From positions 16,941 to 80,940 of the forward strand of contig JALMLS010000550.1 in NCBI GenBank assembly GCA_038496445.1: 64,000 nt of DNA, read 5' to 3'. The stretch's first letter is position 1. The number at the start of each line of letters is the position of its first letter. Source of the stretch: Trichosphaerium sp. ATCC 40318 (lineage: Eukaryota > Protista > Tubulinea). Shown in pieces: positions 1 to 12,513 of the stretch. Both the position numbers and the translations under genes were made by a program. The notes under the pieces were generated by a model. The model worked only from the letters and a program-made list of their open reading frames with translations, did no database searches and had not been told where the DNA came from.

Positions 1-706
1 ATCAGTTTAAGTCCCAGAATATCAGATTCACATTGATAAGAACGAATAGATTCTTCGCATGGTACATCATCAAAGCCTGGGTGCAAAACTTGAAATTAGA
101 TTGATTGACTTCAAGTTTTGTCTATTTCGAAAACTGTACCGTTCGTGGCCATCACCAAACACCCTTCAGGTTCCATGTTCCCTGCTGTGAATGCTGGTTT
201 TGTATTAGCAAACACCAATTTCAAATACGTCTTTGTATCATTCTTGGCAGTAGTAATAAAGAGATCTGTCTGAGTCATCGAAACATTACTTGAAACCCAA
301 TAGTATAATGACAACGCCTCGTAACACTCTTCACAACATAATGGGCAATTTCCATGACACCTTGAACATGAACTAACGTAATCAAGAGGGTCAGCTTCTA
401 GCCTTGCTCCAATCCAATACCGATCATCTGTAGCGTTTACGCTAGGTAAAAAACTGAGAGTAGTATTGTCCAATACCTCTATTAGTCGAGAGTTCCTTAA
501 AAATGAGTCAATTAGAGCTAAACCAGAATATTAATTAATTAACTTAGGTCCCTTATGGAACTTTCTAAAAACTAGTCACGTGACACTAATACGACTTACT
601 TGGGTGCTTCAGCGCAAGCAGAAGCAGTTTCTGACCAAGTCATGCACCGAATACAAACAATGAACCACAAAAATGCCGCTAAACGAACCCACAATGTTAA
701 AGCCAT
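1..706 (-). CDS. C-type lectin-like type I membrane protein, paralog A1 (3' part runs off window edge)
   Basis: ATG at 706 opens signal-peptide exon MALTLWVRLAAFLWFIVCIRC. Spliced exons give YWIGA...YYWVS...CLVM...DDVPC..SYQCE, the CTLD pattern. Near-identical to three other copies. Confidence 0.75.
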
Positions 707-1232
707 ATGTATAAAATTACGAAATTAATACGCACAACATTTGAAAAACTGCCGTTGACTTGAATACGGAAAGTTTGTGATACAAATCCAAACTTGCACG
801 TGGCCTCTAAAAATACGTCCAAACTCCTTGTATTTAGCTCGGCTGAATACGCTGACATAGAACATTTCGGGGAATATGACAAGGACTTGAAGACTGAGAC
901 CAACAGTGTCAAGAATTCCCTTCCTCAGACTGTTGAACTTCTTGACGCGACATAAACGCTTCTCGTTGCATCAAAAATTCGTGTAAAAGTTAATATCGCT
1001 GTGAGTAAAGAAATCCTCATAATGATACTTATCAGTAGATGAAATACGGATTGAACACAAATTACAATATCCAAGTAGCGACCGAGTTTTTTTTTGCATG
1101 ATTACTTATAAAAATCGCCCAAATAAAGACATTAAGTGTGCTCTGACTCCGCCTTAAGTAGTCACTTACCGTAGCTAATAAGTAAACCTGGTGCCCTCAA
1201 AAATATCTACAGCGTGTTGATACCAATTAATT

Positions 1233-2255
1233 ATGACAACTAAGCATAGTACAAACAATGCAAAGGGATTTAATAATAAACTTGACGGTTGCCACCTATT
1301 ACGCCTTCCCGTTGAGATTCAACTTGATATTATTGATTTAGAGGTATCATTGTATTTAATTTGGCCTCTTATATCTAAAACAAGCGCTATGATGACGAGA
1401 TTCGATGAAGAGATGAATAAGCATGGAAAATGGCAAAAATGGAGACACGTGACACTAGAAAACCGCATTATACTCGTAAGTGATGACTTTTTATAAAACG
1501 ATATAAATACCTAGTTTGTGTTAAATGTTATTCTTCAGTGAAGTATCTTTAACATCTAAACGGACTTTTTTTTTTGAACAAGCCATTTTTTAATCGCACA
1601 TTAGGTTCATGAACAACTTTGGTCACATGGTAAGAGACATGGAGAACAAAAAGAGTGGCACGATAATGGAACCTTGATGGATAAAAGTAACTATGTCAAT
1701 AATGAACTTGAAGGAGAGCGGAAGCGATGGTTTGAAAATGGACAATTGTGGGTTCAGTCCGTGTATCTCAATGGTAAACTCGAAGGAGAGTACAAGGTTT
1801 GGTATACTGACAACGACCAACAACACCTCTTGAATTATATCAATTACTATGTTGATGGTAAACGACACGGAGAGTACAAGAGATGGTATGTCAATGGTCA
1901 ATTGTGCATCCACTGCAACTATGCCAATGGTAAACGACAAGGAGAGTACAAGCAGTGGAATTTTAGTGGCCAATTGCGTGAGCAAAGTAATTATATCAGT
2001 GGTATTACAGAAGGAGAGTTCAAGCAGTGGTACAACGGTAGTCAATTGAAAAAGCAGTGCTCTTATGTAAATGGTAAACTTGAAGGAGAGTACAGGCAGT
2101 GGAGTATTAACGGCCAATTGATGCAGCATAGCACTTATGTAAATGATAAACTAGAAGGAGAGCACAAGGAGTGGAATAGTGATGGCCAATTGATACAGCA
2201 CAACACTTACGCCAATGGTAAAGTTAAAGAAGAAAACAGGTGTTTACTGATGTAG
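1233..2255 (+). CDS. F-box-like N-terminus + MORN-variant (MORN_2/YwqK-like) repeat protein, probably one intron
   Basis: LLRLPVEIQLDII F-box-like start (ORF 1233-1496) followed by repeated YVNGKLEGEYKQW..NGQL units (ORF 1674-2255). Paralog at 14832-16001 has the same two parts in one frame. Confidence 0.75.
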
Positions 2256-3479
2256 TGAAGCTACTAGAACCACGTGAAAGCGTACTTGTTGTGGAAGTGT
2301 TCAGCAAGCCAAAGATGTTTTCAATGAACAGTGCAAACAGCTAAGTAATTTGCTGGCTAGAAAACTTCCTTGATCAATGTCCTACAAACAAATTTAATCC
2401 TTTACTGTGTCAACATGTTTTAACTTCATCCTATTAAATCCCATCCACCCTTGTTAATGTACATATATGCATAACCTCCTTATGTATTACCTGGCGCTTA
2501 CACATAGTGTGACGATATGTGAGCACTTTAATTACGTCATGTTCCGTCAGAAAAGTGCATAGGACATACTGTATTGCACACTGAGACTCTGAGTAGCGTG
2601 CGGGTAAACAGAGGAGCTGATTCCCTCGAAACAGAACTGTGACAGCAAAGTACAAAAAAGAGTTACAGGAGTAGATAGGACTCTTACACAGAAATACTTA
2701 GCCGGCTGCAAGATTGCTACGGACGATGTAGAGCAGTGGTTTCTTGTGTATCACATTCCCCCTTGCTAAATAGCTTCACGTCAATTCCATAAGACGTGCC
2801 ACAGCTGCTGCAATCCCAGTTAAGCACTTTGGAATAACGTCTGAGGTTTTGTACCCTTTACAGGCCAAAAAAGTGTTGTTGTGTCAATAGGTTCAGCTAA
2901 CAAGGATGTAGGCATTTTCAACAAAGTAGAAAATGACTATGTTCAAACAAATTCCTAACAAAGACAACGATAAAAACCAGAATTGCAAGCATATTGACAT
3001 TGGTTAGTGATCGGCTAAGTACCAAACTCAAAGACACTTAAAAGCGCCCATGCCTACAAAAGCACAAAAAAGTCGTGTTGCATATGTAAAAGCGTTCTTT
3101 TATTGTAACGTCCTACATTGTTACACCTTAGCTGTTAAGACAATAAGCTTACCCACTGTTTCTAACAACATTTGGTATTCCATTAAACTCATGAATTACA
3201 CCTTGTAAAAGGGAATACTCTTTAATTCCAATATCATATAAACTCTTGTCTTCAAATAACACATCATGTTTCTGAACGTATGTTTTATTTAGGCCAAAAA
3301 AGTTCACCAACTACACTTGCCTATGTTTTCACAATTTATTGATAAGTATTAACTAGTTGATTTATTATGTTTCTGATACAAATGTTGTGCCTGTCAAATA
3401 TTGCAGTGTACATTGCCAATCAACTAGTGTTTGTGTCTTGTATTTTTCAATATGAAGAAGTGGTATACACATACAGTTG

Positions 3480-4776
3480 CTATGGGAGTCTGATTGGAAA
3501 GACAAGATTACGTAAGCTAGGTACAAGCAAAACGAGAGCAATCAAAACAACCACCATCAATACAACACAAACAACAACAACTACAACAACAACAAGAAAT
3601 GATGATCCATCATCTGTGTTTGATTGGGTACATGAAGCCCCAAAGAAAATACTGAGAGTGCCTTCATCTTCTGTGATTTTGATTGTTAAAACTAGAATTT
3701 TTAAGTTTGTCTGTATTACCTTGTATGAGACATGCACCACTTGGAACGGTTATGTTTATAGTTGATACATCACAATCTTTATCATGTTCAAACAGAGGAA
3801 TAAATGTATTTTCCTGCTACCTTGATGAGCACTCATAAAGCGTGAAAAGACTGGAAAGCTATCGTACAATGACAGTGGCCTCTACATCTATTGTAACGTT
3901 CCCAATGAATTGAACACATCCATAACTAACAATTTTTGATTTATCATTGACGGTAATGATACTATCAACAAAGGTGACATTTCCTGAAACGTAAAAAGTA
4001 TTAGAAAAAACAGTGCCTGTTCTTGAAACAAAAAAATACCTGGAAATCTGATAGTTTGATCGATAATGTTTGTGTGTTCTGTTATCAGTCTAGGTTCCAA
4101 TATATCAGATTCACATCGATAAGAATCTATAGATACACTGCATGGTAAATCGTTAAGGCCTGGGTACAATAATCGAAATTAGATTGATTGACTTCAAGTT
4201 TTATCTATTTCGAAAACTGTACCGTTCATTGCCATCACTAAACACCCTTCAGCTTCAGGACCATTTGTGAATGTTGGTTGACCATTAGAAAACAGCATCT
4301 TCAAATACGTCTTTGTATCATTGTTGGCAGTGGTAATAAAGAGATCTGTCTGAGTCATTGAAACATTGCTTGAAACCCAATAGTATAAAGACAACGCCTT
4401 GTAACACCTTTCGCAACATGATGAGCAATTGGTATGGCATGGCGAACAGGTTCCAATGTAATCGCGAGGGTTTGCATTTAGCTTTGCACCGATCCAATAT
4501 CTATCATCTGAAGCGTTTACTCTGGGTAAAAAACTGAGAGTAGTATTGTCCAATACTTCTGTTAGTTGAGAGTTCCTTAAAAACGAGATAATTAGAGCTA
4601 AACCCGAATATTTAATTAACTGGGCCCTTTTGTTATAATAAACAATCACGTGACACTAATACGACGTACTTAGGTGCTCCAGCGCAAACAGAAGCAGTTT
4701 GTGACCAAGTCAAGCACCGAATACCAACAATGAAGCCCAATAAAACAACCAAGTGAACCTGTAATACCAGACACAT
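3480..4776 (-). CDS. C-type lectin-like type I membrane protein, paralog A2 (possibly degenerate 3' end)
   Basis: ATG 4776, CTLD exon 4194-4610, then NDLPC..YRCE, stalk exons and a poly-Val TM helix VVVVVVVCVVLMVVVLIALVLL. Confidence 0.7.
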
Positions 4777-5171
4777 AGCTGTATGTCAATTAGACAACGC
4801 GGATATAACGATATGTTAGACGAGGAGACTCGAGGATTGGGTTCATTGAATATTTGTAGGACTCACGTTTACTACACGTGTGCTCACGGAGCATGTTTAT
4901 CTTTTTTAGACAGTGACTGGTGTTTAAGCTTACAGATTCGTATAGCGTACAGTTTGTCCGACAAATATCCGAGTTCTCTGAATTGTCAGAGAGAATTCAC
5001 GTGCTTTTAGGGACGTGTATGTCGCTATCTAGCCATTTTTTAGTGTGTAAGTCTTGGTATATATAATGCACTAGTTACTACATGGTCCCACACCTGTGTA
5101 GTTACAGCTAACAAGTCAACATTGTTACTTACAAGTTGTAGAATATCAGTTTATGGTTTCAAGATGTTTAA

Positions 5172-6499
5172 TTAAGAAGGTGATACAGATACAGTATGTA
5201 CTGTTACCTTGGGGCGTTTGTATGGAAAGACAAGATTACGTAAGCTAGGTACAAGCAAGATGAGAGCAATCAAAATAACCACCATCAATACAACACAAAC
5301 AACAACAACTACAACAACAACAGGAAATGATGATCCATCATCTGTGTTTGATTGGGTACACGAAGATCCAAAGAAAATACTGAGAGTGCTTTCATATTCT
5401 GTGATTGTGATTGTTAAAAAAAGGGTGTAAGAGTGTTTGTATGTATTACCTTGTATTAGACATGCACCACTTGGAACGGTTATATTTATGGGTGATATGT
5501 CACAATCTTTGTCGTGTTCAAACAGAGGAATTGAGGTATTATCCTGGTAATGAAAGATTACAAAGTTTGTCAAACACTTTAAAAAATGTCGTACAACAAC
5601 AGTGGCCTCTACATCTATTGTAACGTTCCCAATAAATTCAACACATCCGTAAGTAATAATCTTTGATTTATCATTGACGGTAATGATAGTATCCACAAAG
5701 GTCACATTTCCTAAAACAAAAACATGTCAAAAAAAAAACATATTATCTTCAAGAAAAGTAGGTTCTCGAAAACAATAAAATACCTGGAAAACTGAGAGTT
5801 TGATCCACAATGTTTGTATGTTCTGTTATCAGTCTAGGCTCCAATATATCAGATTCACATCGATAAGAATTAATAGATACACTGCATGGTAAATCGTTTA
5901 GTCCTTTAGTGAAAATTTAGACGGCTCCAGACGATCGTCTTAGCAAAACAGTACCGTCTAATTCCATCGCCAAGCATCTTTCTGGTATTCCGCCTATGAA
6001 TGTTGGTTGACCATTAGAAAACAGCATCTTCAAATATGTCCTTGTGTCATTGTTGGCAGTGGTAATAAAGAGATCTGTCTGAGTCATCGAAACATTGCTT
6101 GAAACCCAATAGTATAAAGACAACGCCTCGTAACACCTTTCACAACATGGCGGGCATTGGTGATGGCAATTGGTACATGTACCAACGTAGTCAAGAGGGT
6201 TATTAGCTTCTAGCCTTGCGCCGATCCAATATCTATCATCTGAAGCGTTTATTCTGGGTAAAAAACTGAGAGCAGTATTGTCCAATACTTCTATTAGTTG
6301 AGAGTTCCTTTAAAAATACAATTAGAGCTAAACCCGAATATTTAATTCGGGAACTTTCTAAAAACTAGTCACGTGACACTAATACGACTTACTTGGGTGC
6401 TTCAGCGCAAACAGACGCAGTTTCTGGCCAATTCATGCACCGAATACAAACAATGAAGGTCAAAAAAACAGCCAACCGAACCCATAATGCTAGAGCCAT
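5172..6499 (-). CDS. C-type lectin-like type I membrane protein, paralog A3
   Basis: ATG 6499 signal exon, CTLD exon ~5950-6340, stalk, TM helix and short tail ending VSVSPS* at 5172. Confidence 0.75.
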
Positions 6500-6799
6500 C
6501 GATGTACTGCTATTAATAATAAATTGGGGGAAACTTCCGTTGACCATTGGTAGATCCTATTATGGAACAATTTGTGATACGAATGTACAGTGAGATTTTT
6601 TTGTGAACATTTGTAAACATTTTGTACTTCAACAACTGCAGGTTGGTTTTTTAATGTCTCGTTATTTTTCTAGGTTCGTGTGCTGTTGTATGTGCTACGG
6701 GGCGCTATATATAACCTTTTCGTGAACCAAGTTAGTAACCTAGACCAAACGTGTACACGTGGGACTCTAAAAATAAGTCCAAGCTTCAATGATTTGTAC

Positions 6800-7190
6800 A
6801 GGTGGATGCTTTATTCTCAGTTGTTTATACATTCATCTCACTATCACCCGATCAAAGGCGAAACTTGATCCTAAAGTGTGGCGTTGTGATCAAGACGTTA
6901 ATCTTCCTCCAAACCAGTCATGTTCTCTGTTGTTCACTAAAGCAACAAAAGTCAATTAACTTAATACATCCATTGTATAAAATGTGAGGCTCTATGACGA
7001 AGTGAAAAATGGGATTTCGATTATCTTTTTTATCAACAATACGGGTTATAGCCTCCGTTGTGGTTGCATACGAGTGTAATTGCTCATAAAGCGGTGTTTT
7101 CTTTGGGTAGGCCTTTGCACAAAACCAGAAATAATTTGAATTAGTGAACGCAAGATACGTATTGACTCCACTTGCCTTTTTAAGTGACAC
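6800..7190 (-). pseudogene. Decayed protein kinase fragment
   Basis: NPIFHFVIEPHILYNGCIKLIDFC resembles kinase subdomains VIb-VII (IIHxDLKPxNIL..IKITDFG) with catalytic residues lost; stops follow. Confidence 0.35.
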
Positions 7191-7349
7191 CTAAAAAAAA
7201 CCTAAAAAACTACACACAGAGTACGTTACTCCACGTCTTAATAATGTACATTGTAAACATACGCTATTGGTACTATGTGTGTTACCAAATAAAGGTAGAA
7301 GCACAAGGTTCGTGCAAACTCCACAGTATTACCACTAACCGCTTGTTTT

Positions 7350-8350
7350 GAAAGCATGTCGTATTCGAAGGGAAGTGCATCTATTTGTGTAGATTTTGTC
7401 AATGAGGGTGACGGCTCCTTACTGCTATCAAAAACAGTAGAAGAACACTACCAAGCTAATACAGCCGTAAGAGGGTACAGCTATTACCACAGGATCATGT
7501 AAGAGTGAGTATATGTCCTTGTATTGTTTAGACTTTTTCCGACCTTGTTTTAATTTATCGAATGGAGTATTACCTGCAGGTAAAATCGAACGGGTCAACT
7601 TGGTCTCTCGCTTATTGTTTTTTTGAAGACAGCTACTCCAATATGTAAGAAAGACTGTTTAGATGCAAATAGTATTTGTGCAGATGACGCAGAAGCTCTA
7701 TTATGTGCTTAAATTAAATGCAAATGGAGAATCTTTCAGTTTTTTTTCCGACATTATCATCAGATATCTTCCGACATTCCACTTCCGAATTGTACCTACA
7801 TAGATCCTGATTTTGGTTTAGAAGGGTATCCAGAAGAAGGTAAGAATCTAGAGTGATAAATTAATACTTAACCTTGCAGGCTACAAGAACTTTTTCGGCA
7901 TTGACTTGAATTGCATAAATGTTCCTCGGTTAGCGCCAAACATTTACATAGTTTGGATGGGATTGTCTTTTTATGTTGCTTTTTATCTTCGTCCTATGCA
8001 TACAAAGTGGCATCAGTTAGCTGTACATGGTACTGCTTTAGGTATACCTCTGTTTCTTGCTCTTTTAACAGCAAGTCTAGGGCGTCTTGGTTTCACTTTA
8101 ACAGCTCCTTAGTAAGTGGCTAAACAACTTTTCGTTTTCGTTCAGTAACCTTTCTGTGTAGTCCTGCCGTCTTTGTGGACCATAACTTATATGATTACAC
8201 ATACTATGATGTCTTAAATATCTATCCAACATTCGTCACTTGGTTAATAGGTTGCATTGTGCTCACCAGCACTGGTGTAGCTCATTGCAGTGGTAAGTTT
8301 CCACTAACTACTTTTTTTAGCTAAAACTATTGTAGCAAATGAAGAGAGCT
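7350..8350 (+). CDS. Multi-exon membrane protein, GPCR-like (TM3-TM5-like) fragment; possibly a pseudogene
   Basis: Exons with GTAAG donors encode hydrophobic helices YIVWMGLSFYVAFY, LAVHGTALGIPLFLALLTASLG and FVTWLIGCIVLTS. Start and end not resolved. Confidence 0.4.
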
Positions 8351-9698
8351 AACGTGTTCAATAGCTCAAGACAACGTTTAATATTTTATAGAACAGTTTT
8401 AATAACAGCTGTACATATTAGATCCATTTCACCTTATTTCGCAACCTACTTTTATAGTACACAGCATTGGTAAAAAAAATTAAAATTGGAGGAAGCAGTT
8501 CATGTCTCATTGTTGTCTTTTAAGGTGTCGTACTGATTAATTTTATTAGCAAGGATAGAATTTTCAAAACAAATTAGTTACAGCTGTTTCTTGTGAGATA
8601 AGAGGTGAAGAAAATTGCAAAGAATTCCTGGTATTGTTTTTTTTCACTTAACACAAACTTTAACTGACTGATTCTTTCCTCGAAAGAACCTCGTACCGTA
8701 TTGGTCTAAAGTTGCAACTTGGCTTAGTATTGCTTTGAATAGACTCATATTCTACTTTGCTCTTAATTTACATACAGAAACATGGAGGGTATGGACTTAT
8801 TTTTAGAAGCCAATGCAAGTTTACAGACATAATAACACCTGTAATTATAGCTACCAAACCAAGTCTTAAAAAAACCTATCACTAGTTTTAGTCAATGAAT
8901 AAAACCTAACGTATTCATACATATTGTCCGTATCATTCAAGTTTGCGACAGGTTTGGCAGAAGTATCAAAGTGTAAGATCTTGCAAGAACTAACAAAACT
9001 GACAGCAAAAAGTTGCAAAGATTAGCAAACTTGAATGATACGGACAATAAGCAGAAAACAGACTTTCCAATGAACGTATCCACAAAGTGGATTGCATTCC
9101 CTGAATTTTGATGCTTAGCTTTTAACAGCCAATGCAAGCATGTAGAGTATTGTTTAGGAGTCTTGCTTTTCCGGTTAACTGTTAGAACTTGCTTCAATGC
9201 CAACTTTTCTAAACTTGCTATTACATGCAAGTGGTTACAGCGGTATTGATGAGATTCGTCACGATTATAATGTCTTTTTGTTAAGATGACAATCCCAAAC
9301 GAAAACAAATCACGTGATTGGCTCTAAATGTCAACTGTAAAAAATGTCGGTAAGCAATGGCAGATTGAAGTTTATTGCTAAGTATTCGTTTGGGTAAACA
9401 ATCTCAACATTGGGCTTTCGCCAATGCAACATATGTAGACCTACGCATGATAAAGCGTATGAGAGCAGTTTGGAAGAAAAACGCATCTGATGACGTGACG
9501 ATAAAGCCAACAACGTTCAATTTCATAGCCGTACCCTACATGTTCGCTTTCAAGAGGATTTTAGAACAGCTGGTGGAATCTTGAACCAAATATCACGTGT
9601 TTGTAGATTTGTATCACAAATCCATCCATAATTGGTTCTACCAAGTCAACGCCAGTTGTCTATCTTTTGTGCTCTGGTTAATTAATTGTGTAACTTCT

Positions 9699-11071
9699 AT
9701 GGCTACAACATTATCGGTTCGATTGGGGGTTTTTTTTGGCTTCATTGTTTGTATTCGGTGCATGACTTGGTCAGAAACTGCGTTTGCTTGCGCTGGAGCA
9801 CCCAAGTACGTCATATTAGTGTCACGTGATTGTTTATTATCAAAGGTCGCGAAGTTAATTATTCGGGTTTAGCTCTAATTATCTCGTTTTTAAGGAACTC
9901 TCGACTAATAGAGGTATTGGACAATACTACTCTCAGTTTTTTACCCAGAATAAACGCTACAGATGATAGATATTGGATTGGCGCAAAGCTAAATGCAAAC
10001 CCTCGCGATTACATTGGAAACTGTTCGCTGTGTCATAATTGCTCAGCATGTTGTGAAAGGTGTTACGAGGCGTTGTCTTTATACTATTGGGTTTCAAGTA
10101 ATGTTTCAATGACTCAGACAGATCTCTTTATTACCACTGCCAACAACGATACAAAAACGTATTTGAACATGCTATTTGTTTATGGCCAGCCATCGTTCAC
10201 AAACGGAAATGGAACTGTTGAAGGTGAAGAAAAGTGTTTGGTGATGGCAATGAACAGTACGTTTTCGAAATAGATAAAACTTGAAGTCCATCAATCTAAT
10301 TTCGAGTTTTGCACACAGGGCTTAACGATCTACCATGTAACAATTCTGTTGCATCGCCTAGATGTGAATCTGATATATTGGAACCTAAATTGATAACAGA
10401 ACATGCAAACATTGTCGATCAAACTCTCAGTTTTCTAGGTATTTTATTATTGAGATTTCAGTTTTTTTCTGACATTCTTTCGTTTCAGGAAATGTAACCT
10501 TCATGGATAGTGTCATTACCGTTAATGATAAATCTAAGATTATTACTTACGGATGCGTACATTTTATTGGGAACGTTACAATAGATATAGAGTTTACTGT
10601 ACGCTACTAGTGTAGTCTTCACTGTTTTTTTGCTCCTATTTTTTTACTTTATGAGTGCTCATCAAGGTATCAGGATAATAAATCAATTCCTCTGTTTGAA
10701 CACGATAAAGATTGTGACATAGCAATTACAAATGTAACCGTTTCAAGTGGTGCATGTCTCATACAAGGTATTACAGACAAACACTCTTAAAAATTCTAGT
10801 TTAACAATCACAATCACAAAAATACCTTTCTTTTAACAGTTACAATACAGAAGATGAAGGCACTCTCAGCATCTTCTTTCAGTCTACATGTAACCAATCA
10901 AGCACAGATGGATCATCATTTCCTGTTGTTGTTGTAGTTGTTGTTGTTTGTGTTGTATTGATGGTGATCATTTTGATCGCTCTTGTTTTTCTTGTACCTA
11001 GCTTACGTAATCTTGTCTTTCCATTCGTGCGCAGGCCCAAAGCAGTACATGCAACTGTATCACCTTCGTAA
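9699..11071 (+). CDS. C-type lectin-like type I membrane protein, paralog A4 (inverted relative to A1-A3)
   Basis: ATG 9699 MATTLSVRLGVFFGFIVCIRC, CTLD exon, stalk, poly-Val TM, TAA at 11069-11071. Confidence 0.75.
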
Positions 11072-11149
11072 TACAATAAATTATCTTACAAAATGCTAAT
11101 TGATAGTTTAATTAAAGCGCAACTTTTGTCAGACATCCATTGTGTATAA

Positions 11150-11620
11150 AACAGTATAAAATCAATCTAGTTTATCAAATAAGTTTGTTGAATAAAATAT
11201 CAGTTTACAAGGCATGGTATGCAAGCAGTATTGGTACAAAGCATGGTCTTATATGCAGTTAAGAAAGATGTAAATGGGAAAGTGGAGAGAGTACAAAAAG
11301 AGTGGGGTACAGCAAAACTGTACAGCTGTTTATCTTTGTTAATGATGAAATCTCAAAAGAAGGAGCGGCATCATAATGGACAACTGTACCATCATTGCAC
11401 TAATGTTGATGGTATAGAAGAGGCAGGAGGCAGACTGCAAAGAATGACATATAAATGGTACATTGTAGGAACTATTATCATCTCACCAATGATAACTTGA
11501 GTGCCTCAATTAAAAAAGGCATGACAACGGAGTATTGAGGGCTGAGTGCAACTACGTAAATGGTAAACGTCACAGAGAAGATGGTAAAATATATCAAAAT
11601 ACAAGTTCTTTACAACACTG
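11150..11620 (+). pseudogene. MORN-variant repeat pseudogene
   Basis: Fragments HNGQLYHHCTNVDG and AECNYVNGKRH lie in shifting frames with stops. Confidence 0.6.
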
Positions 11621-11823
11621 TAAGCTGGTATCTACATTCTGGAGTGTCCATTACCAAACGTTTTTTTGTTTCGAACACAAGACATTGCTTGGCGGCTCAA
11701 CCAACATTCGAACAAGTGATAGTTCTGACACTACTGTAACTGTAATAAACTTGGTAACTACCACCTGAAAATGACGTTGATGAGCTGTATCAAAGGATGA
11801 AGAGCGAAAATATTTAGATGTTT

Positions 11824-12442
11824 GTTTGTTTGTTTGGATTCTTTATTTATGATTGAATTTACAAGAACTTTTCTAGAATAATACATAGCTTATTTCCTGA
11901 GGTGTAGTTTTTGCCGTCTTTACGTTTGCATCAAAGAAATAGGTTGATTGTTTCGTGTCTGATGTAGACCAACACACCAGCCGTATTGACCGCCACAAAA
12001 ACTTCCCTGGCCATGAAATGAAACCAGCTTTATGGTCGCCCTTAGGCTCACAACACGGACGATTGGTGGAACAAACACCTTCGCCATCTTTCGACTGCGG
12101 GGAGTAATAAAAAACCCACTCCGATTCGTGGGAAATAAAAAAAGGGTCACCCATTAACCCGACTCGCCATCCTGTCGTCACACGTAAAAAAAAAGGGAAC
12201 TGTGGGAATGCAACGTCAGCTTTTTCCAACTATTAGTTTTGCCCAGCTTAAGGCGCAATACGTCTTCTGACACCATAAGCCTTCGTCGAGTGTATAGGCA
12301 TTTATCGATCGCTCGCAACCGGGAGGGGTAATAAAAGGATCTATGACCAGGGATAGACATCAAACAGTCCGTCTCTCACCTACCTTTAAAAACCATGAAA
12401 CTCCAAAGAGAAGTTGCAATGGTCGAAAAAGTTTGACCCCCC
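11824..12442 (-). mobile_element. Non-autonomous non-LTR retroposon (SINE-like or 5'-truncated LINE 3' end), 619 bp
   Basis: 15-bp direct repeat AATATTTAGATGTTT at 11809-11823 and 12443-12457. The minus strand starts GGGGGG and ends AATAAAGAATC(CAAA)n. GC content is higher than in the flanks. Confidence 0.75.
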
Positions 12443-12513
12443 AATATTTAGATGTTTATTTCTCACGTGTTAGTCTGGAAGAGTAAAATGAAAAACAAAA
12501 GTTGTAAAACAAA

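Noticed and set aside
111-10500. Stop-codon reassignment suggested by ORFs ending mid-domain
   Set aside because: The stops fall in short GT-AG introns; spliced frames are open under the standard code.
12290-12442. HDV-like ribozyme at the 5' end of the retroposon
   Set aside because: ACCCCTCCCGGT resembles P3/L3, but I could not build P1, P1.1 and P2 consistently.
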